Shown here: positions 27,860 to 37,770 of the stretch, piece after piece
Position numbering within the stretch: position 1 is the stretch's first letter
Layout of the letters: each line of letters opens with the position of its first letter
Assembly (NCBI GenBank): GCA_016840545.1
Contig: JAEOSD010000003.1
Coordinates: forward strand, 1-46,873
Reading direction: 5' to 3'
DNA length: 46,873 nt
Source: Promethearchaeota archaeon
GTDB taxonomy: Archaea; Asgardarchaeota; Lokiarchaeia; Sigyniarchaeales; SOKP01
Position numbers and translations under genes: made by a program
The notes under the pieces: model-generated
Databases searched by the model: none
What the model saw: the letters and a program-made list of their open reading frames with translations, nothing else
What the model was told of the DNA's origin: nothing

Positions 27860-29476
27860 ATGGCATTAAAGGCTTTTCTTAAAAAAAATAAATTTTTTAG
27901 CATTATAACGTTAGTTTTTACTATTTGGATTTTATTTCTGATAATTTTAGCCATATTTAATAGGAGAAATGTGATATTTTGGGAAAATATCTCTAATACT
28001 GATGTTTCTTCGGAATACTTGAGTGTTTTACCTCCCTTAAGGTATATTTTAGAACCAATTGCTCAATTATCATTTATTTTAGAAATGGAATTCTCTTGGT
28101 TATTTTTAGTTATCATAATATACCCCATTTTACGAATAATGTATTTAATTTTAAGGAGAAAAGGAATAATACATTCTAAAAAACTTAGATTGATAGCAAA
28201 ACCGTTAGCAGATGTCATTAGATTTTCTTATAAAGTTTTAATGCTAACCATATTGGTTATTGGGTTAATAATTCTTGCAGGTTATTTAATTCAAGGATAT
28301 TTTTTTGTTAATAGGTATTTTATGATTCCTGTTCAAATTGGAGTTCATTTATGTATCATACTTATTATAATTAAGACATTATATGTTTTGATTAAATTAT
28401 TTCATCCTAAACTTCAGTGTAATTATTCCAAGAAAAGAGAAAAAAAAGTAAGAAAGAGAATAAAAAGAAGATCTTCAAAATTTATAAAAAGAGAATTTGT
28501 TTATTTAGTAGGAATTTGTTCCTTACTTCTGGGTATCAATATAGTATTAATTTCAATACCCTTTCCTACACATAGAATTGTACCTATCATTCCTCTTGAC
28601 GATGATGAATTTTTATTTGATTTTCATGTTCATACTACTTATTCTGATGGTTGGCTTACTCCAGAAGAGAGAGTTCTTTGGTATATAGAACAAGGAATTT
28701 CTGGTGCTGCATTTTCTGATCACGACAATATAAGAGGTGCATCAGCGGCTCAAAACTTTGTCGAAGCGAATGAACTTCAATTCATAGTTTTCATGGCTGA
28801 GGAATGGACTGATAATGAAAACGATATTCATATGAATTATTTTGGGATTGCAGAAGAATTAGTCCCACTTCAATCTTATACTCCTGGAGGCCCTAAAGCT
28901 ATGAATGCTCAAGATACTATAGCTTATATAAAGGCTAATGGAGGATATATTACTGTAAATCATTATAATTACGATCCTAATCCAAATGGATATTTTGGTG
29001 TCCCATATAATTTGACTCAGTTAAGAGATTGGGGCGTTGATGGTTTTGAAATTATTAATGGTGGTAGTTATGGAGGTAAATATCAAGATATAAGAAATTT
29101 TGCTATATCCAACAATTTAATATGCATAGGAGGAAGTGATATCCACACAAATGAACCATTAAACACGTTTCTTAAAATAAAATTATCTGATCCAACGAAT
29201 TTAACAATTACAAATATCTTTGAAACTATGAAAACAAATTCAAATCATGAAGTAATTGGTATAAAGTTAAATCCTAAAGCAGTTGACTTCCCTGGTGATC
29301 TAAATGATTTTGGGTTTTATGTAATTGAAGATTTTATCAATTATTTTCTAAATATTGACATTTACCAATCATTATCATGGATCATATGGTCTGGAGCTGT
29401 ATATATAATAATTTTTCTGTCTTATAGAAAAATTAAAAAAGTAGACTTAGCTTTTTTAAAACGTAAAATCTTATAA
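27860..29476 (+). CDS. Membrane-anchored PHP-family metallophosphoesterase
   Basis: N-terminal multi-TM region; DFHVHTTYSDG, SDHD, AEEW, H, NH, GGSDIH; C-terminal TM. Confidence 0.85.
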   Translation: MALKAFLKKNKFFSIITLVFTIWILFLIILAIFNRRNVIFWENISNTDVSSEYLSVLPPLRYILEPIAQLSFILEMEFSWLFLVIIIYPILRIMYLILRRKGIIHSKKLRLIAKPLADVIRFSYKVLMLTILVIGLIILAGYLIQGYFFVNRYFMIPVQIGVHLCIILIIIKTLYVLIKLFHPKLQCNYSKKREKKVRKRIKRRSSKFIKREFVYLVGICSLLLGINIVLISIPFPTHRIVPIIPLDDDEFLFDFHVHTTYSDGWLTPEERVLWYIEQGISGAAFSDHDNIRGASAAQNFVEANELQFIVFMAEEWTDNENDIHMNYFGIAEELVPLQSYTPGGPKAMNAQDTIAYIKANGGYITVNHYNYDPNPNGYFGVPYNLTQLRDWGVDGFEIINGGSYGGKYQDIRNFAISNNLICIGGSDIHTNEPLNTFLKIKLSDPTNLTITNIFETMKTNSNHEVIGIKLNPKAVDFPGDLNDFGFYVIEDFINYFLNIDIYQSLSWIIWSGAVYIIIFLSYRKIKKVDLAFLKRKIL

Positions 29477-29497
29477 CTAATTTTCTAATTTTTTTAT

Positions 29498-29953
29498 TTA
29501 AATATAGTAAAAAGATTTATCATCATCGTATTTATCCTTATCATCATCATTCTCGTCATCATCATCATTTAGAAATTTCTTTGAAAGTAATTTAATTAAT
29601 TCTTCTGGATCCATATCAGGGTCAATATCTTTTAAATCATTCAAGTTTATAGGGATTATCCCACCTTTTTTAAATGGAATCATACCTGCTTTTATTTCTT
29701 TTTCTATTTTTTGTTGCTTTCGAGCATTTAAAGCTAACTCTTTTTTCATTAATTCGCTTAACTGGTCGGCTACGAGTTCATCCAATTCTTCTGGTCTTAA
29801 ATTTAGAAGTATTTCCTCGCTATAAAGTCTAGTAAGTCTTTTTATAGCCTTTAGTTTCTTATATTCGGGTATTTGGTTAATGGATTTCAAGCCTAAAAGG
29901 TTAATTATATTCAACCAATCCAGTTGATAAGTCCAAGGTTCTGTTTCTGACAT
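29498..29953 (-). CDS. Hypothetical protein with acidic C-terminal tail
   Basis: 151-aa ORF with an Asp-rich tail ending FYYI. Confidence 0.7.
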   Translation of the reverse strand: MSETEPWTYQLDWLNIINLLGLKSINQIPEYKKLKAIKRLTRLYSEEILLNLRPEELDELVADQLSELMKKELALNARKQQKIEKEIKAGMIPFKKGGIIPINLNDLKDIDPDMDPEELIKLLSKKFLNDDDDENDDDKDKYDDDKSFYYI

Positions 29954-30056
29954 TTTATTATATAAAATTAGTTATCAAATTTTGAAATTTTGGATGCTAG
30001 TTAAATGTTTTCACCATTATGTTTTGAAATTATAACGAAAAAATTTTTAATCTGCT

Positions 30057-30905
30057 TTAATTTTTGAAGAACTTCTGAAAATTTGCAACAATTAGTTCGG
30101 GTTTATCATGCATAACCCAATGAGAAGCATCTATCTTAACAACTGTAAGATCCTTAACATATTCAGATAATCCATCTAAAACTTGAGGTAATACCGCCTT
30201 ATCTTGCATACCATGAATGACTAAGGTTGGTAGGCTGATAATTCCTGTCCAATCATCAAAATTAAGATTTGCCCTATAATAATTGACACCACTTAATATT
30301 GCGTTCGGTTGAGACCAGGCATCTAAATATTTTTGTTTATCAGTTTCGGTAAAATCTTTTTTATTAATCAATCCTTCAAAGACAGCCCATTTTAACCACT
30401 TATAATCATTTTCGTAAAGGAATTTTTCCCCATCTGGTTTAAGGAATTCAAAAATATAAAAACTGGCTTTCTGTTGGTCCTTATCAGTTCTTAATTTTTC
30501 TTGAAAAATTTTTGGATGGGGCCCATTTAGTATTGCAAGCTTTTTAACCTTTTTTGGATATTTTTCAGCAAAAGCCCATGATATAACTGCTCCCCAATCG
30601 TGTCCTGCGAGGAAAAAACTACCTATATTTAATTTTTCGCTTAAAGCATGTATATCATCAACTAAAAGTTCAATTCTGTAGTTCCGAATGCCTTTTGGTT
30701 TATCTGATAAATTATATCCCCTTAAATCAGGAATTATCAGTTCAAAATCATCCTTAAGCTTAGGGATTATATTTTTCCAACCATACCAGAAATCAGGAAA
30801 ACCATGAAGTAATAATAGAGGTTCTCCAGATCCGATAATGACTGTGTGTAGTTTAATACCATTTACAGATATATATTTTTCTTCTATCTCCTTTAACCAA
30901 TCCAT
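30057..30905 (-). CDS. Alpha/beta hydrolase, epoxide hydrolase family
   Basis: LLHGFPDFW, PDLRGYNLS, GHDWGA (Asp nucleophile), NYYRA, SHWV. Confidence 0.92.
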   Translation of the reverse strand: MDWLKEIEEKYISVNGIKLHTVIIGSGEPLLLLHGFPDFWYGWKNIIPKLKDDFELIIPDLRGYNLSDKPKGIRNYRIELLVDDIHALSEKLNIGSFFLAGHDWGAVISWAFAEKYPKKVKKLAILNGPHPKIFQEKLRTDKDQQKASFYIFEFLKPDGEKFLYENDYKWLKWAVFEGLINKKDFTETDKQKYLDAWSQPNAILSGVNYYRANLNFDDWTGIISLPTLVIHGMQDKAVLPQVLDGLSEYVKDLTVVKIDASHWVMHDKPELIVANFQKFFKN

Positions 30906-31138
30906 TTTAATCCTACAACATAAATGATTATTCTAATTTTGAATAGTCTTATTAAGTAAAAAACAATCGGATTATAATTCAAAAATTTTCGTTTAAAATT
31001 TGACCTATAAATTAGAGATCAGAGACAACAGAGGTTGTCAATTGTTAAATAAAATATGTAATAAAGAATTTTAAAAAATAAAATTTTCAATAAAAAGTAA
31101 CATTAAAATATAATCAACAAAAAAAACTTTTAATTCTT

Positions 31139-31348
31139 CTATTCAAAATAATTTCTGAAAGATTCTTCAAAATCATCAACCGATTCACTATTCAATTCAG
31201 CAAATTTGTAGCGTCCCCGGGGTAGATTTTTCTTTTCCTTAAAATGTTTTTTAAGAGAACTCTCAAAATCACTTGCACTCATACTATTTTCTTCTGCGAA
31301 TTTAATTTCACCAAAATTTTTCAGATATTCTGGATCTGGTTTACTCAT
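31139..31348 (-). CDS. Small hypothetical protein (69 aa) built of a duplicated 21-aa motif
   Basis: ATG at 31348 preceded by GAGG; KFAEENSMSASDFESSLKKHF and KFAELNSESVDDFEESFRNYF. Confidence 0.7.
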   Translation of the reverse strand: MSKPDPEYLKNFGEIKFAEENSMSASDFESSLKKHFKEKKNLPRGRYKFAELNSESVDDFEESFRNYFE

Positions 31349-31817
31349 TTTTTTTTTTAACCTCGTAACTTTTGTAAAACTTTTGTTCAAATAATTATTT
31401 ATATAATTAGAATACTAATGTATAATCATCTATTTAAACCTTTTCATACAATTAAAATTATTATAAAACTACATTCGGAAAAGATTCCCACTTATATGTT
31501 ATTGAATTTACTGAGAAATGAGCTATTATTTTCAAATTGTAATAATTCTACTTGCTTATCTTCGAATATTAGATATATATTGATAAAATTAATATCTCAA
31601 AATAATAATTTCATTTCAAAATTTGAAGATTTTATAAAATTTTCATAAAGTGAATTTGGATGTTTATACAATGATATAATCAATTTCAATTAATTTATTA
31701 ACAAAATCCAAAATCATGAGAACAACCCAAAAACAATAAATATGAGAATATAAATTTATAATAAAAAACGTAATTATCAATGTATTTGGAAAATTCTTCT
31801 TGTTATAGGGGCTTAAG

Positions 31818-32765
31818 ATGAGTAGAAAAATAGAAGATAAAACTTATTTAAATTATTTATTGCAATCTCTAAATGTAGATGATTTGAAACAAATTTGTAG
31901 AGATTTCAATATCAAAGGATTTTCTCAATGGAAGAAAGTAGAAATAATTGAAAATATTTTGAGCTTTTTATCTGAAGAAGAACAGAAAGAACTAATTAAA
32001 GAAAAAGAATTAGATATTATCTCAGATTCGCTGGATCTTGCAGTTAAGAAAATTAAAGGGGTAGAAAGAGAAAAATTAAGCGCAATTAGGATAGCAAATG
32101 AAGAAGAACATTTAGTTGAGATTGATTTCGAAGGTTTTAATTGGAATAGTTCCTCTTATTTAGCTATTAATCCACAAAATATTGATAACCCAGAAAGAGA
32201 TTGTGATTGCCGTATTGGAGCTAATATGGGATTTTGTAGCCATTTTTGGGTAGGATTTATTTTATCATTAAAACGAAACTATTTTCAATTAAAAGATTGG
32301 ACATTGACAATTTTACCAGAAGATTTCGAAAAGAAAATTCAAAATATAGAAATCTCAGTTATTTTAGGTGAACAAGATAAAGCAGAAGTTTTAACTTTGG
32401 TAGATACCAGTTCCGAGGATGCTGAATTAATAAAACATCTTGATCAAAGTATCACTGTTTATGAAGGGGAACTTGTTAAAATGGAAAAGAAACAACAACA
32501 ATTTCAAGATATTGTTACCAATTATTATTTGGGAGCATTGAATCACGTTCGATTTGGTCCAAGAATTCAAAAAAAAAGTGATTTTAAAGAGGAAGAGATT
32601 GAAACTATTGACGAGTTAAATATTCGAATAAGTGAAAAATTATTTGAAGAACTTAATTTAAGAGAAGGAGACAAAATAACTACCAATGGTAAATTAACTA
32701 GAGATGATTTTTTAAATTTATATGTTGTAAAGAATATCAGAAAAATCACTAAAATTAATGATTGA
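31818..32765 (+). CDS. Putative nucleic-acid-binding protein: SAP/HEH-like N-terminus, SWIM Zn finger, probable C-terminal OB fold
   Basis: LNVDDLKQICRDFNIKGFSQWKKVEIIENI; CDC-x8-CSH; LNLREGDKITTNGKL. Confidence 0.7.
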   Translation: MSRKIEDKTYLNYLLQSLNVDDLKQICRDFNIKGFSQWKKVEIIENILSFLSEEEQKELIKEKELDIISDSLDLAVKKIKGVEREKLSAIRIANEEEHLVEIDFEGFNWNSSSYLAINPQNIDNPERDCDCRIGANMGFCSHFWVGFILSLKRNYFQLKDWTLTILPEDFEKKIQNIEISVILGEQDKAEVLTLVDTSSEDAELIKHLDQSITVYEGELVKMEKKQQQFQDIVTNYYLGALNHVRFGPRIQKKSDFKEEEIETIDELNIRISEKLFEELNLREGDKITTNGKLTRDDFLNLYVVKNIRKITKIND

Positions 32766-32874
32766 TCCTATAACATAAATCAATATTAATTTCATATCTA
32801 TATAATATTAATAATATGAATACTTACCTTTTAGATTCTATTTTATGTTTGAATAATAATGTTGGAGATAAATC

Positions 32875-34254
32875 ATGAAAAATATAAATTCTGGTTATAT
32901 TGATGATTTTAATATGATTTTAGCGACGGATTTTTATCAATTGACTATGAGTGCTGCTTTTTTCCAGTATAATCTTGAAAATAATATTAATGAAAATGAC
33001 GAAAAAGCCACTTTTGAACTATTTATAAGACAATATCCTAAAAATCGTAATTATTTGATTTTTGCTGGTTTAGAACAAGCGTTATATTATTTATTAAATG
33101 CCAGATTTACTGAAAAGACTATAAAATATTTAAGAAAAAAAGAAGTGTTCAAAAAAATAGATTCAAGTTTCTACGATGATTATTTACCGAATTTTAAATT
33201 TAATTTGAATGTTTGGTCGATGAAAGAAGGAGACTATTTTTTTCCAAATGAACCAATAATGAGAATACAAGGTCCAATGATTCATGCTCAGCTTGCTGAA
33301 ACCTACTTACTTAATGTGATCAATTACCAAACATTAGTTGCATCTAAAGCATCAAGAGTGAGGAATATAGCCCCAAATAAAGTCTTACTTGAATTTGGAA
33401 CAAGAAGGTCCCATAGTCCGCTTGCTGGAGTGTATGCAGCTAGAGCTAGTTACATAGCTGGTTTTGATGGAACAAGTAATGTGATAGCTGATCTTGAACT
33501 TGGAATTAACTCAACAGGAACGATGGCTCATAGTTTCGTTCAAAGATTTAATAATGAGATTGAAAGTTTTAATACTTATTATGATATTTACAAAGAAAAT
33601 TCAATTTTTCTAATTGATACATATGACACCGAAGAAGGTGCTCGAAAATCATGCAAATTCGGCAATAAAATTAGAGGGGTTAGAATTGACTCAGGTAATC
33701 TTATCGATCACGCCAAAAAAGTTCGAAATATCTTGGATAAGGAAGGGTGTGATAAAGTTTTAATCGTTGCAAGTTCGGATTTGAATGAATATAAAATAAA
33801 GGAAATTCTTGATAATAAGGCGCCAATAGACGTATTCGGTATAGGAACTGAATTAGCTACTTCAAGAGACGATCCTACGATAACTGGTGTATATAAACTA
33901 ATAGAATATAATGAGATTCCAAAGATTAAAGTTAGCGAGGAAAAATTAACTTATCCTGGAATTAAACAGATAAATAGGATATTTGATAAAAGTGGAATGT
34001 TTAAAGAAGATATACTAAGATTGGATGAGGAACCTGAGGTTCCTAATTCAAATCCATTATTAATACCTATAATGACGGATGGGAAATTAATTTATGAATT
34101 GCCAAAGATAGATGAAATTCGCCAGTATTACTTGAAAAATATGGAAACCTTACCTAAGGATTATAAAATTTTAAAAGAGGATCATCTTTTTAAGCTAAAA
34201 ATTTCAAAAAAATTAGAAAGTTTGACAGAGTCATTGAAAGGAAAATATGACTAA
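32875..34254 (+). CDS. pncB: Nicotinate phosphoribosyltransferase
   Basis: TDFYQLTM, EFGTRR, GTSNV, GTMAHS, LIDTYD, GVRIDSG, GVYKL. Confidence 0.96.
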   Translation: MKNINSGYIDDFNMILATDFYQLTMSAAFFQYNLENNINENDEKATFELFIRQYPKNRNYLIFAGLEQALYYLLNARFTEKTIKYLRKKEVFKKIDSSFYDDYLPNFKFNLNVWSMKEGDYFFPNEPIMRIQGPMIHAQLAETYLLNVINYQTLVASKASRVRNIAPNKVLLEFGTRRSHSPLAGVYAARASYIAGFDGTSNVIADLELGINSTGTMAHSFVQRFNNEIESFNTYYDIYKENSIFLIDTYDTEEGARKSCKFGNKIRGVRIDSGNLIDHAKKVRNILDKEGCDKVLIVASSDLNEYKIKEILDNKAPIDVFGIGTELATSRDDPTITGVYKLIEYNEIPKIKVSEEKLTYPGIKQINRIFDKSGMFKEDILRLDEEPEVPNSNPLLIPIMTDGKLIYELPKIDEIRQYYLKNMETLPKDYKILKEDHLFKLKISKKLESLTESLKGKYD

Positions 34255-34396
34255 TTTAAATAATAAGAGTGATAGTTTAAAAGAAAAATCACGTTTTTAG
34301 TTATATTTTTTAAGAAGTATTTTTAATATCTGATTTACCCAATTAATTCAATAATTTAAATTTAGATTTAAATAAAGGTGATAAACTAATATATAA

Positions 34397-35339
34397 ATGA
34401 GAATCCTGTACAAAGTATAGTCACACCGCCTTTTTGCTTATAATACTAGCGGGATTACTTTTTTCAACATTATCAATTTCGGCTAAAGGACAAGAATTGA
34501 TATGGTATGATGATTTTTACGATATTGATTACCTCGAATATTATATTGAATTCTATCCTGATAGAAATGGATATTCTACGACGAAATATGCAATGGAATT
34601 AAATAAAATCACCGAAGGAGAGAATACTAATTTAATAGTTGATATATATTACAATGACTTAGATTTAACCTCTACTAATAATGATTTTTTTTATGTAATA
34701 TCTCTTAAAACCCGTGAAATTTTAGATACAAGTGATAATTTTTATGATACTTACTTAAATGGAACATATACGGAACTATTCCTGAACCTTTCTAATATAG
34801 GGAATCCACAAACTTTTCGAATAGATGAAAATGTTGTATTCAGTGATTATTTAACAAGGGGTTTTTCATTAGGATTATACAAAATAACTACAGAATTTAA
34901 CTATATTGAAGAAGTGTTATATACCGAAAACTTATTGCTTAATTTTACAACTTACCATTATTCGACAACATATACGTGGAGTGGACTTGGGATAGCCTGA
35001 GATTCATTCGCATCTTGGATGTTAGAAGCTGATTATTTTTTCGATAAAATTACTGGTCTTTTAATAGCCGAAACTTTACATGTTCATCGATGGGACTATA
35101 AAGATAATAAGCCACAATACGAGCAATACGATTATCATTCTTTTAACCGCAAATTAGCAATAGTTAATTCACAAATCATTTTGAAAGATTACCAAAAGAT
35201 CGAAAAAGGAGATAAAATTTACCTGCTAGAAAGTATTTATTGGATTATATCTATTGGAATTGTTGTTTCAATTACTGTACTTTACGGCGTTTTGAAGAGA
35301 TCAAAATTTAACATAAAAAGCAAGGAGAACTTACGATGA
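34397..35339 (+). pseudogene. Exported/surface protein (signal peptide plus C-terminal TM anchor) interrupted by an in-frame TGA at 34998-35000
   Basis: ORFs 34434..35000 and 35019..35339 share a frame (GLGIA-TGA-DSFASW-MLEADY). The first has a signal peptide and the second ends in a TM helix plus basic tail. The nearest ATG (34397) is out of frame. Confidence 0.65.
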
Positions 35340-35399
35340 ATCTACTATAATAAATTATAGATAGTAGATGAGTGAAAGGATGCACCTTTCAAACTCCTT
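35322..35399 (+). other. Structured element: kink-turn/SECIS-like hairpin plus a second hairpin
   Basis: TTAC-GAT-GA-A-TCTACTAT...ATAGTAGA-T-GA-GTGA; GAAAGG-atgca-CCTTTC; outer AAGGAG/CTCCTT. Confidence 0.4.
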
Positions 35400-35483
35400 T
35401 TAATTAATTCTAAAATAATTTTATAAATTAGTTCTGAATATTATCTATTATTCAAACTAAACAACTTTTAGAGGTAAAAGATA

Positions 35484-35774
35484 TTGAGTGAAAAACCAAA
35501 ATTAGGTTATCGAATTATTGGAACAATAAAAAGTGTAAAAGGTACCTGTTCAGCGGGTCATAAAGTGGGAGACCAAATAGAGGTGAGCGGATATGGCTCC
35601 AATCCACAATTGTGTGGGTTTTTTTATCATGATATCTTCCCATATATAATAATGCTCCAATTTGGGGGGTGTTTTCCTTCAGATTGGGGCGGAGATCCTG
35701 ATGTTGTGGAGCTAACATGTATAGATAAAGTGAATGCGGTAACAATTGAATTAAAAAGAATCAAGGAGGATTAA
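35484..35774 (+). CDS. TIGR04076-like small Cys-containing protein
   Basis: VKGTCSAGHKVGD, LCGFFYHDIFPY...QFGG.FP, CID pattern. Confidence 0.75.
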   Translation: MSEKPKLGYRIIGTIKSVKGTCSAGHKVGDQIEVSGYGSNPQLCGFFYHDIFPYIIMLQFGGCFPSDWGGDPDVVELTCIDKVNAVTIELKRIKED

Positions 35775-35917
35775 ATAAGATTTAATTAAATGAACATTGA
35801 TTTATTCAAATTTCCTTTTTACCTAATATATAAACGAATATTTTATTACAGATAACTTTTTAATCTTTCATCTCTGGATGATCATTAATACACTTAATTT
35901 TTTCTAGGGAGTGAGGC

Positions 35918-36091
35918 ATGTATATGGAAAAAAAATTAGATATACCCCAAAATTTACACATTCTTTCTTGTCCATTCTTTAAAGGCTGTAATCTTCCAAA
36001 AAGTAGATGCAGTTTTCCTGAATATAAAGTATGTCCTGATTACCAATCTAAATTAAATGCTTTAAGACAAGAAACAAAAGTATTACATTAA
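35918..36091 (+). CDS. Small four-Cys protein (57 aa), not in the ORF track
   Basis: MYMEKKLDIPQNLHILSCPFFKGCNLPKSRCSFPEYKVCPDYQSKLNALRQETKVLH*; SD-like GGGAGTGAGG just upstream. Confidence 0.6.
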   Translation: MYMEKKLDIPQNLHILSCPFFKGCNLPKSRCSFPEYKVCPDYQSKLNALRQETKVLH

Positions 36092-36246
36092 AGATTTCCT
36101 AAGTTCTATTTATTGAAATTAAATCTTTAAAGAATTCTTATATTTTCTTAATAATTTAGGTTTTATTGTAATTAAAATACAATTTTTAACTGAAGCAATA
36201 TTTAATTTATTGATTTTTTAATTAGGAAATTGTTTTTTTCTAAGGC

Positions 36247-37725
36247 GTGTTAAGCTTGAATGATAATAATGTTGTTGATATGTTTCTGAATCCTAAATCT
36301 GTGGCGGTTATTGGAGCTTCTAAAAACATGTTAAAGGGAGGCTATCGTATTTTAAGTAATCTTGTGTTAAATAACTTCAATGGAAAAATATTTCCAGTTA
36401 ATCCTAATACGACAGGTAAATTACATGGGTTAGAGTTTAAAAAGTCAGTGTTAGACATTGAGGAAGAAATTGACATCGCTATATTTTATGTTCCAAATCA
36501 ATTAATTCCAGAATTATTAGAAGAATGTGTTAAAAAAGGCATAAAAGGAGCAATTATTGAAACTTCTGGATTCGAGGAAGTTGGTGAGAAAGGCGTTGAA
36601 TTAAGTAACCGAATTTTAGAAATAACTGATACTTTTTCTAAAATAAGAATTGTTGGGCCTAATTGTATGGGTCTTACTAGAATCGATTCTGATAGTGATA
36701 AGGAAAATAAAAGCGGCTTTTTTACATCCTTTTTAGTATTTAATGAATATAAAAGAGGAAATATTGCTGTTATAAGTCAATCAGGTATGTTAAATGGGGG
36801 ATATTTTACCCATATTGCCACCAAATATCCAAATCTTGGTTTTAGGTATATATGTTCTATTGGAAATAAAATAGATTTAAGTGAAATAGAATTTTTAGAT
36901 TATTTTTTAAATGATACTGATATAAACGTTATTGCAATGTATCTTGAATCGTTTAAGGACCCGAGAAAATTCATTAAATTATGTAAAAAGGCAAAGAGTA
37001 TGCCAAATAAAACAATAATTTTAGTTAAAGGAGGATTAACCACTCAAGGTCAGAGTTCTTCTTTAAGTCATACAGCCGCTCTTTCAGAAAACTTCAAGTT
37101 AACAGAAGGTGTGATTAAACAATCAGGAATTATTAAAGCTCGAAATTTTTTTGAATTATTTGAGTTTGCCAGGACTTTTTCTATGCTATATAAGTCTAAG
37201 AAAATATTACCAAAACGAGGAAATCTTGCACAAGTTTTTGGATCAGGAGGAGCAGGAACAATTTCTGCCGATCTTACAATGCAGTATGGTTTAAAACTTC
37301 CAATTTTGGGAGAGAAAGCATATGTTGCTCTTGTAGAATTATTTCCTCCATGGATGCCTCCAAATAAATTTGCATTTGTAGATATTTGGCCAGCTATGGA
37401 AAAAGCTATGACTAATAGTAAAAATCCTAGAGATGTTATTCGATCTGTTTATAATATTTTATTAGAAGAACCTGAAATAGAAGGGATTTTTAACATGCTA
37501 TTTTGCTCAAAGCAATTTAGAGCTGCAAATGATGTGAATAATCTAATTGATATAATATCAACCTATCCTAAACCTGTTTTTCTGTATTTGGTTGGAGAAT
37601 TTGAAGAAACTCGTCAAATTTCTCAGCAACTAGGTAAAAATAATATACCTAGCTTTTCAAATTTAGAGGATATGGTAAAGAATTTCCAAATACTAATTCA
37701 AGAATCAAAAAATAAAAGCAACTAG
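36247..37725 (+). CDS. Acyl-CoA synthetase (ADP-forming) alpha-subunit-like CoA-binding protein
   Basis: NPKSVAVIGAS, RIVGPNCMG, ISQSGML, SIGNKIDL, MYLES, SHTAAL (phospho-His position), SGGAG. Confidence 0.88.
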   Translation: MLSLNDNNVVDMFLNPKSVAVIGASKNMLKGGYRILSNLVLNNFNGKIFPVNPNTTGKLHGLEFKKSVLDIEEEIDIAIFYVPNQLIPELLEECVKKGIKGAIIETSGFEEVGEKGVELSNRILEITDTFSKIRIVGPNCMGLTRIDSDSDKENKSGFFTSFLVFNEYKRGNIAVISQSGMLNGGYFTHIATKYPNLGFRYICSIGNKIDLSEIEFLDYFLNDTDINVIAMYLESFKDPRKFIKLCKKAKSMPNKTIILVKGGLTTQGQSSSLSHTAALSENFKLTEGVIKQSGIIKARNFFELFEFARTFSMLYKSKKILPKRGNLAQVFGSGGAGTISADLTMQYGLKLPILGEKAYVALVELFPPWMPPNKFAFVDIWPAMEKAMTNSKNPRDVIRSVYNILLEEPEIEGIFNMLFCSKQFRAANDVNNLIDIISTYPKPVFLYLVGEFEETRQISQQLGKNNIPSFSNLEDMVKNFQILIQESKNKSN

Positions 37726-37770
37726 CTTTTCTAGAAACAAATTAATTCTATAAAAAATTATTTACCTACT

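Noticed and set aside
31418-31648. 76-aa + strand ORF
   Set aside because: Extremely AT-rich, I/N/K/F-biased, no SD; probably promoter DNA between divergent genes
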